NCBI GenBank assembly: GCA_000708835.1
Contig: DF237037.1
Coordinates: 151,988-215,987, forward strand
Reading direction: 5' to 3'
Length of the DNA: 64,000 nucleotides
DNA from: Klebsormidium nitens
Taxonomy: Eukaryota; Plantae; Klebsormidiophyceae
The position numbers and the translations under genes are program-made. This document shows, one piece after another, positions 60,101-64,000 of the stretch. The notes under the pieces are model-generated. The model was not told where the DNA came from and ran no database searches. It saw only the letters and a list, made by a program, of their open reading frames with translations. Numbering within the stretch: the first letter of the stretch is position 1; each line of letters opens with the position of its first letter.

Positions 60101-63100
60101 GGATTCGATCGGTCGCGAACGCAGTACTACCTTCGTTAAGCGAAGATCTTAAAACTAATGCGTCTCCTGACAAGATGGACTCACAAAGAGGAGCTCGTCG
60201 TCAAGAAAGCTAGATAACCAAAGCAAAAAAGGACGCACTTTCCAAGTTGCATACGAACGTGTAAGATGCAACGAGTTTCCGTGTGGTCCGAGGCATGTTT
60301 AACGCAGATTTACAAAAGCAGCTAGGGTCCCGGCGCAGACCGCCAGGAGTTTTCACAAGTACGTAGGCCGTGCTTGGCTTTGCACGATGCACGCGCTGAG
60401 GTTGCCATCGAGTAAGGAAGGCCGTCAAGCTGAAGAAGGAAGGCCGGCGCGCGCGCGCCGTGCGCGCTGAACAGGGCTTGCAACCGGGCGTGCCATAGTA
60501 CTGCTGGCAGTGGATTGCAGTGTATGGGCTTTGGACGTGTACGTAGACCCGGAGCAAATGCTTCAGCGGATGAAAAAGCAAAATATGAGGAGCCGAGTCC
60601 CCAGCGGCTCGCCTTCAAGCCTTCTATGTGAGTCATGAGCCACAACGGACACCTCATGCATGAGGAGACCAGACACACGAGAGCAATCTGCGCGTTTGAC
60701 TGCTATGCTAAAATTCTTTGCTTCACATAATCAGTTTTGTACACCTTCAATCCAAAAAGAAGGTGGGATCGTAGACGGTGCTTAGGATGCGCGGGTGCAC
60801 GTTACAGGGTTTGCTCAATTAGCTGCACGAGCTAAAGATGTACAGCAGAGATGACGTCGTCGAGCACGGAGCGCTAAGCGGCTCAGCCACCCAGTCAGCC
60901 AGCCGGCGCTCTACTATTGCGCTCTGCACGATTCGACTGTGCGGGCGCATCTTGTAAGTTTGGAGGTGTCCCACTCGGAAGCGCTGACAGACGGGCCAGG
61001 AAACGTACAAGATGAGGCGCTTGTAAGTATACAAAACTTGTAATAATATTATGCATGAAGCGCAGAAACGTGGTCCCTCCCTGGAGTGGTAAAATGGGGC
61101 GGCAATGAATATCAGGTGTGCTTAAGGACGGTACTGTTAAGTGACTTCACGAATGCGGATTGCAAGGGAAAGGAATGCTGACAAAACTGAAACGCGGAGG
61201 AAAATAGATGCGGGTGCCTGGCTGATGGATTTGATATTGCATGGCGCTGATATGTATAGATTTCGGCTCTGATGGCGTACTCTTGCAGGCGTCAAGCACG
61301 CTAGCCGAAAGCATACCGGCACAGCTTTGTCGACTTTTTGTAGTAGCTTGCAAAGTGCGGTCTTCTCAACTGCCCTGGAAAGGTGTGAAAACGGCGAAAG
61401 CTACGCGCGGAAACTCTAGCATTTGATGACGTGGCCAAGAATCGAGGAAGGCATGGGTCCTTATCAAGAGCCCGCGGAGTTGCGCCTTGTCGCAGCCAGA
61501 GTCAGTCGATCTTTTTACCAAGCAATCGACAAGACAAGTTTCAAGACAAGCCCAAACTTCTAAAGCATCTGATCGAGAACAGGTCTGCATTCAGAGGCCG
61601 GGAGTTTTGCTGTTCACGAAAGATTGAAGAACGCATCAGGAATTAGAGCCGAGCTGCCCATAGAGCACTAGCTTCTGACCGACGCATAAGCACATCGAGG
61701 GCGCCCATCGGAACTCGTAGGACCAGCATGAGTAGCGACGTACTGGATTATAAGACGGCTGCAGCCCACAAGCAGATTCACGTTACCCCACTCGATCATT
61801 GATATCCGCTCGATCTGGCTCTACAATCTACTTGAGTCTTTCTTCGGAAAGTGCCTCACTGGGGGACTCGTGACGATTCAAAATGGTTTCACAGAGGTCA
61901 AAAACAAGAAGCCCGGTGATTAATTCACGGTCAAGGAAAGATCGTCTCTTGACTGTTTCTTTATGACATACGAAACGGTTACGTTAGAAATCTAAGGTCC
62001 GATCGAGCGAAAGCTATCACTCGGCGTTCACCGCATCAAGGTCCTTGGCAAACGGAAAGCCAATACTCGCGCTAGTTCGTCACAGCCGCCTATCTCAACA
62101 GCTAAGCCATCCGTTGCTGACGGCTCGAAGCAACCAAACCCATTCGGAGCAATCACCCTTATTTGGCTTCAGAAAGGAACAGAGGAAGCGTTGGATCTAG
62201 AGACATTCAAGAAGTTGCTAGGAAGCCTACTATCTCTGACCAGCTTAATATAAGCAATTACCCGTGAGGTGCTAGACGTGAAGCTGCCAAGTGATACTTG
62301 CTTCTGCGGAAGCAGAATCTCAACAGGCGGCTTAGTGGATACTATGTAGAGATACGAAGCTGCGCAACTCCCTGAACTCTGCTGCGCGCGTGTGCCAATT
62401 TGTGGCAGACGCGGGGTGCCGAATGTCTCGATTGATGTTTAGGGCCATAGGTACGAGGGGCTACTCATCGCGAAGCTTCGGCAGCCACTTTTTATGACGG
62501 CCAGGCTCGAATTTCGACAAAAGCTCGAACTTCGACAAGAGATTGCCTCTTGATTGGTGTTATCCTCTTTAAGCAATAAGAAAGGCAAGGGGAGCGGCAG
62601 CCGTTTCCGATTACTTGTAGGGATCAGACACGACAGGTGCTCACGGGCGACGTTTTAACCAGGTAATGAAACTGACCACTAATAACGGATACCGTGAAAT
62701 TGGCCACCAATAATCATTGTTCGTCACGGTGAGGAAAACCGATTGCAGTAAGCTGAAAATGATGATTATGAGCAGAACGGCTTCTCTATCATTACCCGAA
62801 AGTGGCGAACTGATCAGCCACACCGTAGTTCATCATAGCCGTGGTCAGACATTGAATTAGTAAAGCTGCCACTTTGACCGGTATCCCGTTTTGCGAGAAA
62901 AGACAGCGAAAGGAGACCAGTGATAGAATCAATGTCAGCCTTATCCTCGGAGTATGCCCTCATTGCGACTCTGCCAATCCTTTCATGCCAGAAGTGCGTG
63001 CATGGGAGGTCACACTGGTCGATCGACTGGAAAAACTTGAATTCGTAGCTGGGTGCCAAAAGTATGCGCGGACTGTGTCCAATGATGTGACGGCCGTTCA

Positions 63101-64000
63101 TGCCTGAGCAGGCCAGCAGTGCCTGCAATATATAGCGATCGAGATCCTGAACGGCCGTACAAGTTGAAGGGCGTCTCCACAGCTGTACGTAAGGAGTTAG
63201 CATCTGCATCAGTACACGGGCTTCTGTTTCATTCATATTCCGGAACTGGCCATGGCGCAGGTCTGACATTGAGAATCGGTCATGCCAGGGATCTTCATTG
63301 CCTATGAGACTGGTCTTGCACCATACCGAGAGGACTGCCAAATTGTCTCAATTGCTATCGGAGCCGCTACCACAGCAGATGCGAAATTCAGGATCTACGT
63401 CGTCACCTGTGTCTGAAATCTACAACCACAATGATCATTTCACACCATGGCCTTTGACGGCTGTCCAGGCTGTGACGATATGGGAAGGCGTGCACCCACT
63501 GAAACGTTTCTATGAATATCTTAAAACTGGCTTTCCAGAGGGTCCCTCACTTGGAGATCATTTCGCGACTGTCAAGTGACGGTTCGATTGCCCAAGAGCC
63601 CAATTTTCGACGAAGTTCATTGCGTTTTCCACTCAAGAGCAAGCCACCCAAATGTATCTTCTTTGCAATTTCGGCTTAGAATGACTTCAGCCGCGGAACG
63701 ACCTGTTCCGTCACCGGATGTTAAACGCTCCAGCCTAGATGGCCGGTTGCAGGCATTGACTGCTTATGACTTGCTTTCGTCACTGCGCCATCTATCCGCG
63801 TCAGCGAGGTTCTCATGCGAGCTTAGAATTACCGAGTTTTGAATCCAGATCTGACAGGCCCGAGCAGGGCTCACAAAATGTGCGCGCGTTTGGGCGCACT
63901 GTAAGAAAGGGCGCAAGCGGCGGAGTATGTGCAGGGCCAACGGTGAGCGCAAATGAAACGCGCCGCCAACAGCGCGGCCGCCCACATATTTTGTTAGAAG
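51140..64000 (+). pseudogene. Decayed tandem array of at least 6 diverged copies of an unidentified ~2.3-kb formerly coding unit (continues past the window end)
   Basis: GC-rich core (gcgcggccgcc...gaccgcgc...cgcatgaaggaacggagc) at ~51194, 53738, 55566, 57905, 59417, 63974. 55470-56800 aligns by eye with 59325-60690. Peptides shared in one + frame with synonymous differences: GHL.LQVL.GC, SCHSQ.EGTG, LYLH.RI, G.DRSR, W.HKEE, KDAL..LHTN, VPSGSP, SKLD.SHSRT, S.W.L.EFF, WPL, SRASHP. Many stops and frameshifts. Confidence 0.7.

Overview
Eukaryotic, intron-rich DNA with GC-rich exons. The gene set (ciliary IFT144, an HD-Zip gene and an ABCG24/28-type transporter) suggests a flagellate streptophyte alga such as Klebsormidium; this is inference and no search was run. 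I rebuilt five spliced genes by hand with canonical GT-AG junctions: a GYP7/TBC1D15-like RabGAP (-, 4 coding exons), WDR19/IFT144 (+, 22 exons, head-to-head with the RabGAP), an HD-Zip I-like homeobox gene (-, one apparent frameshift in a G run), a bacterial-type creatininase-family hydrolase (+, 4 exons) and an ABCG24/28-like half transporter (-, 17 exons). Exon phases are consistent in all five except for the HD-Zip frameshift. The strongest unexplained signal is that four of the five genes carry degenerate tandem copies ('echoes') of their own exon-intron junctions inside the neighbouring intron. There are at least 14 such sites with up to 7 copies each, and their divergence is skewed to third codon positions. 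The last ~13 kb is a decayed tandem array of at least 6 copies of an unidentified, formerly protein-coding ~2.3-kb unit.
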